Of a stretch of DNA of 64,000 nt, positions 9,482-19,015 are shown piece by piece. Source of the DNA: a virus. The notes under the pieces were generated by a model that was not told the origin of the DNA, searched no databases, and saw nothing but the letters and a program-made list of their open reading frames with translations. Position 1 is the first letter of the stretch. Each line of letters starts with the position of its first letter. The position numbers and the translations under genes were made by a program. Location: IMG/VR virus record IMGVR_UViG_3300027969_004705, positions 1-64,000 of that record; one strand, 5' to 3'.

Positions 9482-9552
9482 ACTGCTATATAATTTATAT
9501 ATATCAATTGATATATTAAAACCAAAAAAACAAAAAACAAAAAAACAAAAAT
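9467..9552 (+). promoter_or_regulatory. SSB promoter (TTGAAA-N16-TATAAT) and leader: hairpin followed by A6-7C repeats
   Basis: Palindrome atatatcaattgatatat at 9499-9516, then aaaaccaaaaaaacaaaaaacaaaaaaacaaaaat-ATG. Confidence 0.65.
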
Positions 9553-10395
9553 ATGCTAAACTCAACAATGTTTCAATCAATTAAAGCCGCGCTAAATAAA
9601 AATAATGACAATAGTAGCGGTGGTCTCTATAATGAAATTATGAAAACTGCTGTAGGTAATACTTATACAGTTAGACTATTACCTGATAGTAAGTCTCCTG
9701 CTGATACTTTCTTTCACTATTATGTTCATGGCTGGAGTTCTTTTGCTACTGGTGCTTATGTCCAAGCTATTAGTCCACAAACCTTTGGCGAGAGAGATCC
9801 GATTTCTGAAGAACGCTTTAGAGCAAAGCGTGCTGGAACTGACGATGAAAAGTCAAAAATGGAAGCTGTTCGTCGTTCAGAGAAGTGGCTTGTAAACGTA
9901 TATGTTGTTGACGATCCAGCTAATCCTGAAAATAATGGGAAAGTTAAGATTCTTCGATACGGAAAACAACTTCAAAAAATTATCCTTGAAGCAATCGAAG
10001 GTGAAGATGCTGAAGAATATGGTGTTGAGAGGGTGTTTGATCTAGGACCTGAAGGCCTTAATTTAAAAATTAAAGTAGAGCAACAGGGCGATTATCCATC
10101 TTATGTTTCTTCACGTTTTACAGCATCCGGTAAACTTAAGCTATCTGAAGATGCACAGCAAAAGATTTACGATAGTGCTTATACTCTTAAAGATGTATTT
10201 ACTGTTAAGTCCTTTGATGAACTTAGACAAATGGTAGACGAGCATGTTTATGTTAAACTTGATAAACCTGCAGCTCCTGCTGTAGTGACTCCAACTGTAC
10301 TTACTAATACCGTTAGTCAACCTACAAATGACTTTAAAGATCTTAGCGAATATAATATTGACGACGATCTCGATAACCTCTTAAAAGACCTCTAA
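9553..10395 (+). CDS. gp32: Single-stranded DNA-binding protein (T4 gp32-like)
   Basis: VRLLP, NVYVVDDPANPENNGKVKILRYGK, Y.SSRF, acidic C-terminus DDDLDNLLKDL. Confidence 0.9.
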   Translation: MLNSTMFQSIKAALNKNNDNSSGGLYNEIMKTAVGNTYTVRLLPDSKSPADTFFHYYVHGWSSFATGAYVQAISPQTFGERDPISEERFRAKRAGTDDEKSKMEAVRRSEKWLVNVYVVDDPANPENNGKVKILRYGKQLQKIILEAIEGEDAEEYGVERVFDLGPEGLNLKIKVEQQGDYPSYVSSRFTASGKLKLSEDAQQKIYDSAYTLKDVFTVKSFDELRQMVDEHVYVKLDKPAAPAVVTPTVLTNTVSQPTNDFKDLSEYNIDDDLDNLLKDL

Positions 10396-10396
10396 T

Positions 10397-10813
10397 ATGA
10401 CTCCAGAAGAAAAGCAGACTCTACTCCAGTTTATGGGAGTAACATACGGACAAGCACTTAAAACCGATCGTGATATTGTTGCTCATGCTGGCAATTTACG
10501 ACCTGTAAGTGAACAGCTAAAACAGCAATTTGAGCAAGTAATGGCAACGCCAGTAGACAATAATACTACATCCCCTACCCAATGGTCTCCACCTCCGACA
10601 CAAAATGTGCCTATTATAGCTGAGGCAGCTGCTACGTATATTCCTCCAATTGTTAGTGCTCCTCCTGGAGTACCTGTTATTACTAGTGAAGATAATATTA
10701 AGTTAATTGACGTTTTAACAAATATACAAGTAGCTTTAGAGAATATCGCTACTATACTTGATAAAAACACAATACCTAATGTCAAAACAACGAAATCTAA
10801 AACTAAAGAGTAG
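10397..10813 (+). CDS. Hypothetical protein with a Pro-rich middle
   Basis: 138 aa ORF in the replication operon. Confidence 0.7.
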   Translation: MTPEEKQTLLQFMGVTYGQALKTDRDIVAHAGNLRPVSEQLKQQFEQVMATPVDNNTTSPTQWSPPPTQNVPIIAEAAATYIPPIVSAPPGVPVITSEDNIKLIDVLTNIQVALENIATILDKNTIPNVKTTKSKTKE

Positions 10814-11504
10814 AGTTGAATTTATAAAGTTCATAGATTCTTTTGCAAAAGTAAATGATTCATTTATTGCAGAAGTAACTACTGATAAAATATCGGTAAT
10901 CACATCCTCGCCGGATAATACACTAATATTATTCGGCGAGCGTGAATGCTCATCGGAATATAGTACTAATCTAAATATACCTGATAGCAAAAAGCTAGTG
11001 CGAGTTTTAGATACAATTAATTGCACTGATCTAGAATTTACTCTTAATAATAACAATCTTGAATATAAAGATTCCAATATTAAGTTTAAGTATCATCTTT
11101 TCGATGATGGTTTTTTAAGTAAACCGGCTCTTAGTATAGATAAAATTAAAAACTTTACTTTCGATGTTAGTTTTAAATTAACTAAACAGCAAATACAAAC
11201 TATTATAAAAGGTAGTACTTTTGCGACTGAGACTAATAAGGTTTATTTATATACCGAAGAAGGTCGATTAGTAGCTGAGCTGACTGACAAAGCAAGACAT
11301 AACACTGATTCATATGTAATGTCGTTAGGTGAAACTGATATTACTCTTGCTCCAATACCAATTAACTTTGAAAATATTAGACTTCTAACATTGCTTAGTG
11401 ATGAGGTTTCTGTAAATATCAACACTAAGCATGGTGTTATTATTATTAATACAACAGTTAATACTACTAAATTGTCTTATGTTATTACCTCTCTAACACA
11501 ATGA
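10779..11504 (+). CDS. gp45: Sliding clamp (T4 gp45-like); likely start MSKQRNL at 10779
   Basis: About 240 aa, two-domain alpha/beta pattern, KFKYHL, INFENIRLL, LSYVITS; position in the replication operon. Confidence 0.65.
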   Translation: MSKQRNLKLKSRVEFIKFIDSFAKVNDSFIAEVTTDKISVITSSPDNTLILFGERECSSEYSTNLNIPDSKKLVRVLDTINCTDLEFTLNNNNLEYKDSNIKFKYHLFDDGFLSKPALSIDKIKNFTFDVSFKLTKQQIQTIIKGSTFATETNKVYLYTEEGRLVAELTDKARHNTDSYVMSLGETDITLAPIPINFENIRLLTLLSDEVSVNINTKHGVIIINTTVNTTKLSYVITSLTQ

Positions 11505-11815
11505 ATATACACAAAAAAAATAAACTATCAACACCTAGTTATTTCTTGAAAAGACTTAAAGATAATCGATTCACGACCTTTAAAATTTTTCAAAATTATT
11601 CTAATGCTGATCCTCGTAAGTGGACGGTATTAGTAGATCCAGGAGGAGCTTCAATTTTTATCACTTGTTATGAAAATAAAATTCAGACTAATGAAATATT
11701 ATTTGAGTTTGCTGATGGTAATCAACTGTTTAATAAAAATATATTCATTAAAACCGAATCTATTGAAGTAATAGTAACTATGTTACTTGAAGCAGGAGTA
11801 CAACAACGACAATAA
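11501..11815 (+). CDS. Hypothetical protein
   Basis: 104 aa, coupled ATGA overlap; DPRKWTVLVDPG. Confidence 0.75.
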   Translation: MNIHKKNKLSTPSYFLKRLKDNRFTTFKIFQNYSNADPRKWTVLVDPGGASIFITCYENKIQTNEILFEFADGNQLFNKNIFIKTESIEVIVTMLLEAGVQQRQ

Positions 11816-11830
11816 CCATACTATAATAAG

Positions 11831-11864
11831 CTGCTACAATAATTTTATTGTAGCAGTTTTTTTT
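11831..11864 (+). terminator. Rho-independent terminator
   Basis: ctgctacaataa-tt-ttattgtagcag followed by T8. Confidence 0.8.
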
Positions 11865-11874
11865 GCTTAAAAAT

Positions 11875-12171
11875 ATGTCAATTAAAATATCTAAAAAAAT
11901 AATACCAGCACAAAAAAACATCTTTGCATGTCTCCATGGTGATTATGTAGGAGAGATGTTTATATACATAGATAAAAAAGATGATAACTATTTATTTTTA
12001 TCTGTACCTAAAAATATTAATCGAATTATTCCAATAAAATCCTTTGATTCCGGAATGAACTTGGGTATACTTGAGTTTGTAGAAGTTACTCTTAAAGAAA
12101 TTTATGATGTAGCAAAAGCTCAATTTATATATAACGAAACAAATGAAAACTCTTCTCATAGATGCAAATAA
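11875..12171 (+). CDS. Hypothetical protein (likely start MSIKISK)
   Basis: ORF lies after the terminator; the TTG start at 11863 falls in the terminator T-run. Confidence 0.6.
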   Translation: MSIKISKKIIPAQKNIFACLHGDYVGEMFIYIDKKDDNYLFLSVPKNINRIIPIKSFDSGMNLGILEFVEVTLKEIYDVAKAQFIYNETNENSSHRCK

Positions 12172-13003
12172 TTTAATACATCGCACATATTGGATCGCCA
12201 AAAATAGATCATCTGAAACACCAGATCAAATTAATAATTTCCATATCTTTTTAACCCTGAATGCTATCTTTTCATATGTTAGTGCATATGTTCCAGATGT
12301 TATTTACGCTGCTTGGGACGAAAAACCTGATTATGAAGCTAATGTTCGTAAGACAATGCTTACTGAATATAAAGGCAACCGTTCTAATGATATTTCTCCA
12401 CATCAAAATAATGAGATTATTAAACAACTGTTTACCTGTTTATCTATCAAATCTATCTTTCCTCGAGAACTAGAAGCAGATGATGTTATTGCATATATCT
12501 GTAATGAGACTCCTGGTCATAAAAAGATCTTGTCTGTAGATAAAGATTTCCTTCAGTTAGTTAATGAAAATATTGTTTGGTTCGACCCTATTCGTAAAGA
12601 AGAGATTAATATCCATAATTTTGCTGCAAAAACAGGGTATCCTAATACTAAAGAATGGATGGCAGCTAAATGCTTAAGTGGTGATAAGTCAGATAATGTA
12701 TCAGGTGTACCTAAATTTGGTAAAGTAACGATTCAAAAATATCTTAATGGATCTATTGAACTAAATGAAGAGCAAAAAGAGATCTTTCATAGAAATCAAG
12801 AAATTTTCTCATTATCTAAATACTCTACTATGGAAAGAGAGATGACATACTATGCAGACCAGCTTAAAGATGGAATTGATCCAGATTGGGATAAATTTAT
12901 GGATCTTTGTAATGAAAGAGAGCTATTTAGCATTACAAAAAATAAAACTAAATGGTATAACTTGTTTTTTTTAAAGTCTAAGCTAACATCAATGTTTAGC
13001 TAA
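12143..13003 (+). CDS. rnh: 5'-3' exonuclease / T4 RNase H-like flap nuclease
   Basis: LLIDANNL, AWD, EYKGNR, EADDVIA, SVDKDFLQL, GDKSDNVSGV. Confidence 0.92.
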   Translation: MKTLLIDANNLIHRTYWIAKNRSSETPDQINNFHIFLTLNAIFSYVSAYVPDVIYAAWDEKPDYEANVRKTMLTEYKGNRSNDISPHQNNEIIKQLFTCLSIKSIFPRELEADDVIAYICNETPGHKKILSVDKDFLQLVNENIVWFDPIRKEEINIHNFAAKTGYPNTKEWMAAKCLSGDKSDNVSGVPKFGKVTIQKYLNGSIELNEEQKEIFHRNQEIFSLSKYSTMEREMTYYADQLKDGIDPDWDKFMDLCNERELFSITKNKTKWYNLFFLKSKLTSMFS

Positions 13004-14052
13004 TGTTACCTCAAGATTATGTTATTTTAAAGTTTTATGAGCTTGGTTATTATCCTAAGCATAACAAGTTCAATAATACCTATCAATGTGGCTGTCCGAT
13101 ATGTAGAGAAGGTACATCATCTGGTAAAAAACGTCGCTGTTATTATCTGCCAGAAAAAGATAATATTTTCTGTCATAACTGCGGTTGGTCAAGTAAGCCT
13201 ACTAAATGGATTTGTGAAGCATCTGGATGCACTCCTGCAGAAGTATACAAAGAAGCTAAAGAGTATATACCAACTCTGACTGACTCCTCAGCTGCAGTAG
13301 TACAGAAGATTAAGAGTGGCACCTTACCTCAAGATAGTATTAACTTATCAGATAGTAATCAACTTGAATACTATAAAGACAATGATACTCTGCGTGTATG
13401 TCTCCAGGTTATTAAGCAAAGACGATTAGATGTAGCCATAAATCGACCTGATAACTTGTATATTTCTTTAACAGATTATACTCATAAAAATAGGCTAGTG
13501 ATACCATTCGTAAATGAGCATAATGACATAGAATTTTATCAGTCTCGTACAATATTATCATACGATAATAAGAAACCTAAATATCTATCAAGAATCAATG
13601 CTGAGAAGACCTTATTTAATATTAATAAAGTTGATATTAATAGTGACTTTGTTTATATCTTTGAAGGTCCTTTAAATGCATTCTTTACAAAAAATAGCGT
13701 AGCAGTTGCTGGTATTACGGAAGGTAAGAATACCTTTACCCCTCGACAGCAAGAACAACTCGATACAGTTCTTAAATTACATAGTAAAATATGGGTTCTT
13801 GATTCACAATGGATAGATAAAGCTAGTTTTACTAAAACGAGAGTATTACTCGATCAAGGTGACAAGGTTTTTATTTGGCCTGAAAAAATTGGAAAGAATT
13901 TTAAAGATTTTAACGATATAGCTATCAGAGGTAAATTAAATGAAATAAAAGAAGAATTTATACAAAAAAATTCCTACAGTGGTATTGTAGGAATTTTAAA
14001 GTTAACTGAGATTGCTAAGTTTAGAGGTTTAACTAACGTTAAACATACTTAA
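13003..14052 (+). CDS. gp61: DNA primase (T4 gp61-like)
   Basis: Zn finger CPIC...CHNCG, RLVIPF, KYL, FEGPLNA TOPRIM, KDFND. Confidence 0.9.
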   Translation: MLPQDYVILKFYELGYYPKHNKFNNTYQCGCPICREGTSSGKKRRCYYLPEKDNIFCHNCGWSSKPTKWICEASGCTPAEVYKEAKEYIPTLTDSSAAVVQKIKSGTLPQDSINLSDSNQLEYYKDNDTLRVCLQVIKQRRLDVAINRPDNLYISLTDYTHKNRLVIPFVNEHNDIEFYQSRTILSYDNKKPKYLSRINAEKTLFNINKVDINSDFVYIFEGPLNAFFTKNSVAVAGITEGKNTFTPRQQEQLDTVLKLHSKIWVLDSQWIDKASFTKTRVLLDQGDKVFIWPEKIGKNFKDFNDIAIRGKLNEIKEEFIQKNSYSGIVGILKLTEIAKFRGLTNVKHT

Positions 14053-14470
14053 ACTGAGAATTATTTGACTGAGCGAGATAACCTTTGAATGATTCAGTTA
14101 AAGCTGCTAGTTCTGTAGCTACTCGAGCGATTTTCCGTTGCTCGGACTGCTTCATTCTTTCAAAAATAGTATCTGGTTCTGCTCGTGATAATATTGTCTG
14201 AATAGAGTCAGAACTTGTACCGTTCAGAAATATAAGAAATTCATCACACTTTGCTACCCAGGAATTAAGTTGATTTTGCATTTGCTGAGCCTGCTTTGTC
14301 CTTATTTGAGAAGCTTGCCGAGTTAAATCTGCATAATCATTATCAGTTGGCTCATTATCAAGATCAAAATCAGATGGATTTGTATCTTTATCTAAAGAAG
14401 CTTCCATAGCCGCTCGTTCATTGTCTTGCTCCATGATGTGCTGGAAAAATCTATTTTGAAACTTATTCAT
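14039..14470 (-). CDS. Hypothetical late protein (candidate internal head protein)
   Basis: TAAATA 5 nt upstream; N-terminus MNKFQNRFFQHIME. Confidence 0.7.
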   Translation of the reverse strand: MNKFQNRFFQHIMEQDNERAAMEASLDKDTNPSDFDLDNEPTDNDYADLTRQASQIRTKQAQQMQNQLNSWVAKCDEFLIFLNGTSSDSIQTILSRAEPDTIFERMKQSEQRKIARVATELAALTESFKGYLAQSNNSQFKYV

Positions 14471-14501
14471 ATGAATATTTATTCTTAAGATAAATAATTA
14501 T
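14471..14501. promoter_or_regulatory. Back-to-back divergent late-type promoters (TAAATA on both strands)
   Basis: tattta at 14476-14481 and taaata at 14491-14496, each 5 nt from a start codon. Confidence 0.65.
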
Positions 14502-14828
14502 GTGAATATTTCTCAAAATCCCTATAGTATATCTAAAGCTAGTAACCCTATCTTTAAACAGAATATTTCTCCAGATAGTTTTAAAATTATGCAGGATGAA
14601 GAGAATAAAAGTAAAGCTCCAAAAACTCTACCTGAACCACTTCCAAAACTTACAGATATATTAGGTACTGTATATGTATCTATGCTACAAGCAAAAGGTA
14701 TAGTTAGTCAAACCGCCAGTAATGTTACTTCAGATTCTAAAAAATTAGATATTATAAAAAATAAAATTGACAATATTAATAAAGAAATAGTTGATTTATC
14801 TTACCATCTTTCTATAATGTCATTATAA
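14502..14828 (+). CDS. Hypothetical protein
   Basis: GTG start 5 nt after TAAATA; coiled-coil C-terminus. Confidence 0.65.
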   Translation: MNISQNPYSISKASNPIFKQNISPDSFKIMQDEENKSKAPKTLPEPLPKLTDILGTVYVSMLQAKGIVSQTASNVTSDSKKLDIIKNKIDNINKEIVDLSYHLSIMSL

Positions 14829-15253
14829 TGACTTTTATTCCTAAATCTTTAATAATTACTTTCTGCATTAGTGTAGCTGCCGGCTTTGCACTTCGCTCTT
14901 TTTTAGGCTTTACTGAAATATTTGTCTTAGCTACAATTATACAGTATCTTCTTTTTTATTATATTAATTTATACTTTAATAAACAAACCTCAGCTGAATC
15001 TCTTTCAGCTGAGTTAACTGAACTAACAACTAACATGGATACTTTAGTATCAAAGCAAGAAGTTCAAATTGAATGTCCGTGTGGCAATAATACAATACCT
15101 GTTGTGTTGTTTATGGATGAGGAGTTAGTGATTAATTGCAATAAATGTAACAATAAACTTAAAATAATTCCCGAAGTTAATGTATCATTAGTAACAGAAC
15201 CAATTAATCTTGAAAATATAGAACCTATTTTTAATAAATTAAAAACGAACTAA
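14828..15253 (+). CDS. Membrane protein with two N-terminal TM segments and a C-terminal Zn ribbon
   Basis: Hydrophobic residues 8-48; CPCG...CNKC. Confidence 0.65.
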   Translation: MTFIPKSLIITFCISVAAGFALRSFLGFTEIFVLATIIQYLLFYYINLYFNKQTSAESLSAELTELTTNMDTLVSKQEVQIECPCGNNTIPVVLFMDEELVINCNKCNNKLKIIPEVNVSLVTEPINLENIEPIFNKLKTN

Positions 15254-15267
15254 CATATAATATCTAT

Positions 15268-15510
15268 ATGAAACAGTTTAGTTTTGATTTAAAAGATGGT
15301 ACTACAAAGGTAATGGAATTCGATGAATTTGTTAGGTGGATGTGTTTAGTAGAAGGTTTAGATGTTATTTCTAGAGCGTGTGAAGACCGTAATATTAAAG
15401 CAAATAATGATAACTGGATTAAACCTCTAGCTATTCAAAACTATATTGATGAGCGCTTTCATTCTATGAAACATGACTTAACTGTTGAAACGTTACTTGG
15501 TAATATTTAA
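15268..15510 (+). CDS. Hypothetical protein
   Basis: 80 aa; GAAC-N5-TATAAT 6 nt upstream. Confidence 0.75.
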   Translation: MKQFSFDLKDGTTKVMEFDEFVRWMCLVEGLDVISRACEDRNIKANNDNWIKPLAIQNYIDERFHSMKHDLTVETLLGNI

Positions 15511-15513
15511 AAT

Positions 15514-16332
15514 ATGAAGTTTGTTACGATTACTGATGACAATCAATGGCGATATAGTTTAATTAATATTTTTGCCTTATATACTTTAAAATTAAAGTAT
15601 ACTTTTTACATATATACTACAACTCAGTACGCAAAAGAGTGTATATTAGAGACTCTAAGTAAATTTTCTTATTTATTTAACTTTTTTGGTCAAGTTCATG
15701 TAAATGTAATACCTAGTTTTCAGGAGACATTTAATATTGAGGTAGCTAATACTAATCATAAATGGATTAGTATTGCTACTTTAGATCGACTAGTTATACC
15801 TACTTTAGTACAACATAAAAATGACCGACTTTTATGGTTAGATACAGATACTTTAATTATTGATTCTGATATTACTAAACTTTACTCTGAGACTATAACC
15901 TCTAATAGAGGTATTGCAGCTGTTCCTACAGATACGCTTTTATATAATCATATTCTTAATTTTAGTAATACTCCTAATCTCTTAAGCCTCGCTAATACAA
16001 ATAAAAGTACATTTAATGCAGGAGTATGTGTATATGATATAGAAAAATTTAATATGCAAGAATATACTCAGTTTATAGATGATATATTTGAACGAAATAA
16101 TGGTGAATATGTTAATGATGAAATGATTTTAAATCTATACGATCAAAAGTATCAAGCTATCTCTAGTAAATATAACTGTCAGCCTTATAATAAATATATA
16201 CCATCACAACAATCTATTATTCATTTTACAGGATCTGATTATAAACCATGGAATAAAAATATATACTCATCAGGTACTTATGTTAAGTATTATAAACTGT
16301 GGGAATATTACTTTGCTTGTTTATTTTCTTAA
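15514..16332 (+). CDS. Glycosyltransferase family 8
   Basis: RLLWLDTDTLI (DxD), FNAGV, DEMILN, YN, IIHFTG..KPW. Confidence 0.88.
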   Translation: MKFVTITDDNQWRYSLINIFALYTLKLKYTFYIYTTTQYAKECILETLSKFSYLFNFFGQVHVNVIPSFQETFNIEVANTNHKWISIATLDRLVIPTLVQHKNDRLLWLDTDTLIIDSDITKLYSETITSNRGIAAVPTDTLLYNHILNFSNTPNLLSLANTNKSTFNAGVCVYDIEKFNMQEYTQFIDDIFERNNGEYVNDEMILNLYDQKYQAISSKYNCQPYNKYIPSQQSIIHFTGSDYKPWNKNIYSSGTYVKYYKLWEYYFACLFS

Positions 16333-17375
16333 GCTTCAGACCAACTATAATTTATATAGTAATCAAAAAAGTTCATAAAACTTGAAACACCTGCGTAACT
16401 TGTCCCACCTGTGTAAATAGTGTTCGTTTCGCAACACTCGCAATTAATATTGAGAGCACTTAAAGTGTTAATAGGAGTTCGATATAAAACAAGAGGAAAT
16501 TTTAGTCTCGATATAAAAAATTTACTTGCTCTGTCTACCGTATTATCCCTTGTTAATATTAAAGAATTAATATCTTTATAAATTCCAAGGGGATTAGAAG
16601 ATATTTTATAAAAAACTGTAGATACAGTATATGTACGGGTGCTATTGTTAATAGAGCTGCCCAATTCTGTAGAATAAAAGGTGGAATATGTTTTATTTAC
16701 TATACCATAAATAATAGGATCTGGATAATTACGACCAAATTGCGGTAGACTTTCATTATTTTTACAGACAATTAATGTACTTCCAGTTTTATACGTTCTA
16801 TCAGCGTAAGGCACTTGATAGACTTGACTTGTAATAGGTACATAGTATGTATAGTTATCTAGAGTATTAAATTGTAGTGATGTTTTGCTGTTTGTGTTCC
16901 AATTTAATTTAAGTCTATACGTAAATTCTAAGCTATCGCCTTTACTTATTAAAATAGGTTCAGCAAACACATTTCTTGCAAAAGAACTAGCATTTATACC
17001 TCCCTTAATACTAAATTCATTTAGTTCTAAATCTATAACTGCTTGCGATGTATTATATACATTATAATGCACGACAGTGCTTAAGTTTTCGTAAGATGTA
17101 TTTGCTGTAACACGCGGAACATTAAGAAAATTACTATCTAATTGCGGAGTAATAACGCCTGAAAGTTGAAAGCCTAAAGATCCTTTTAAATCAGTACTAG
17201 TACCAAAATCTACATACCCTAATAGATCAGTGATGTTATTATTATACAAAGAAGCTAAACCTCCAGCGAGAATAGTATTTCTACACCAATCACTTTCAAA
17301 TGTTATAGTATTATTATTGGTAATTTTTACCTTATATTCTCCTACCAACCCTATGTTAAAGTCTAATTTATTCAT
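16329..17375 (-). CDS. Putative virion structural protein (tail/baseplate)
   Basis: Beta-rich, S/T/N-rich, at the end of the tail operon. Confidence 0.6.
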   Translation of the reverse strand: MNKLDFNIGLVGEYKVKITNNNTITFESDWCRNTILAGGLASLYNNNITDLLGYVDFGTSTDLKGSLGFQLSGVITPQLDSNFLNVPRVTANTSYENLSTVVHYNVYNTSQAVIDLELNEFSIKGGINASSFARNVFAEPILISKGDSLEFTYRLKLNWNTNSKTSLQFNTLDNYTYYVPITSQVYQVPYADRTYKTGSTLIVCKNNESLPQFGRNYPDPIIYGIVNKTYSTFYSTELGSSINNSTRTYTVSTVFYKISSNPLGIYKDINSLILTRDNTVDRASKFFISRLKFPLVLYRTPINTLSALNINCECCETNTIYTGGTSYAGVSSFMNFFDYYINYSWSEA

Positions 17376-18618
17376 TTGCGTATGTAATAGCGAAAGTTGT
17401 TAATAAAGTAGATGCACTTGTATATATACCTACCGGCCTGATATTATTCTCACTATAATATATACCATTCTTAGTTACTAATTGCCACTTACTTGTTACA
17501 TCAAAACTAGTTAATGATAACAGTAGTGAATTATCTGTAGACGCGTAATTAAAATAATCTGTTCTATATAAAACAGTGTTTGTACAAGGTCCAAATATAT
17601 TTAATTTATAGCCAAAATTAAAGTAGTCATGAGATGTAGTATATACAACCATATTTTCATCCAATCCAAAACTACCGTTTATAACATATTTAGGTTGAAG
17701 AGAAATATTAGTATTATCAGCTGACTGTTCAATATCAGCACTATTAACTACAGTACTAGGGTCTACAATTAATAATTTAGGTAAAGCTGTCGGTGTTGCT
17801 AGTATTGGATCAACATAAGGGCAACCTGAAATTAAACAAGTTGAAGTGTCTAACGATAAAGTTGTTAGTGATTGAAATACAGATCCAGACTGTAGTGAAG
17901 GACTATCAGATTTACCTTCTACCGTTAGATTTCCAAAAAAGACTCTAGTCACACTACTACTGCCAGAGACCTGCGTAGCGAAGGTTATTCCGGGTCTTAT
18001 CCTACTGCTAGGAGCTATTGTAAAAGTAACATCTTGTGTTAGAATATTTATAAAATCTTCGTTAGCAGAATATCTATAATCTATATATAATGTCCTACCT
18101 ATGTTACCCAATCTTGCTCTTATTGTTTTTTTATTACTATCAACAACATTAAAATTATAAGCTGATAGTCTCCGATTAACATTATATTCACTATATTTAT
18201 AATATGGCGCAGCACCTCTTATAGAAATAGAATTACTAATACGTTGATTATCTGCAACACCATCACGTACGGCAGATAAGCTAGAAGTAGCTGATACAGC
18301 AAAACAACCAGTACTATCAAATCCGACACCTATTAAAGCTCCAGATAATCCTGCACTTAATGACGAAGCAATCGTCCATGGTGTATTTTTAGCTGATAGA
18401 CCCGAATAACCTAAATCTATTGTGCTATTACCGCCTAAATACGATGAGAGAGGTAAATTGTAAGAATCTTGTAAGAATACACAAAATCCTAACTGTGTAT
18501 CTGCTGATATATTTGCGACATAGTAATCAAATGACCAGACGATATCAGAATACGGTGTAAAGTCCTTTTCAAAGAATTGAATGACTTTCGTATTAGAATT
18601 GCTAATCGGATACTCCAT
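17368..18618 (-). CDS. Virion protein with an L-type lectin-like domain
   Basis: GFCVFL, LGYSG, IGVGFDSTG, ISIRG pattern resembling a ConA/legume lectin fold; late promoter upstream. Confidence 0.6.
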   Translation of the reverse strand: MEYPISNSNTKVIQFFEKDFTPYSDIVWSFDYYVANISADTQLGFCVFLQDSYNLPLSSYLGGNSTIDLGYSGLSAKNTPWTIASSLSAGLSGALIGVGFDSTGCFAVSATSSLSAVRDGVADNQRISNSISIRGAAPYYKYSEYNVNRRLSAYNFNVVDSNKKTIRARLGNIGRTLYIDYRYSANEDFINILTQDVTFTIAPSSRIRPGITFATQVSGSSSVTRVFFGNLTVEGKSDSPSLQSGSVFQSLTTLSLDTSTCLISGCPYVDPILATPTALPKLLIVDPSTVVNSADIEQSADNTNISLQPKYVINGSFGLDENMVVYTTSHDYFNFGYKLNIFGPCTNTVLYRTDYFNYASTDNSLLLSLTSFDVTSKWQLVTKNGIYYSENNIRPVGIYTSASTLLTTFAITYANE

Positions 18619-18632
18619 ATATCATATTTAAT

Positions 18633-18845
18633 TTAAGACTCTTTTATAAACACACATGTAACAGTATTAGATTCAGCAAAGCTACTAGAGTGTACTAATT
18701 TATAGTTAAGTTTTTTATACTCTTTAACTAAAGTCTTTAATAACTCCGTCTTTAAATTAATTACAATACTACCCCGCTTAGGATCTACAATAAGAGAGTC
18801 AGTAAATTCTTCTCCTAATGCTACTATGCGACTTTTAATTTTCAC
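18633..18845 (-). CDS. Small hypothetical protein
   Basis: GTG start 5 nt after TAAATA. Confidence 0.6.
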   Translation of the reverse strand: MKIKSRIVALGEEFTDSLIVDPKRGSIVINLKTELLKTLVKEYKKLNYKLVHSSSFAESNTVTCVFIKES

Positions 18846-18853
18846 ATAGTTAT

Positions 18854-19015
18854 TTAATAGTCAAAATAACTTATAACTTTTTCTATTTTTTTTACCAATT
18901 TTGCAACATCATTTAATTTTTGATTATCATGTATAGTAAACGTCATATTTGATAGACATTCATGTAATAATAAAAAATCTTCCTGCTCGATACCTTCAAC
19001 TATTAATTCATTCAT
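18854..19015 (-). CDS. Small 53 aa ORF missing from the track (MNELIVEGIEQEDFLLLHECLSNM...VISYFDY)
   Basis: ATGA overlap with the stop of the upstream fibre gene; open to TAA at 18854. Confidence 0.65.
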   Translation of the reverse strand: MNELIVEGIEQEDFLLLHECLSNMTFTIHDNQKLNDVAKLVKKIEKVISYFDY

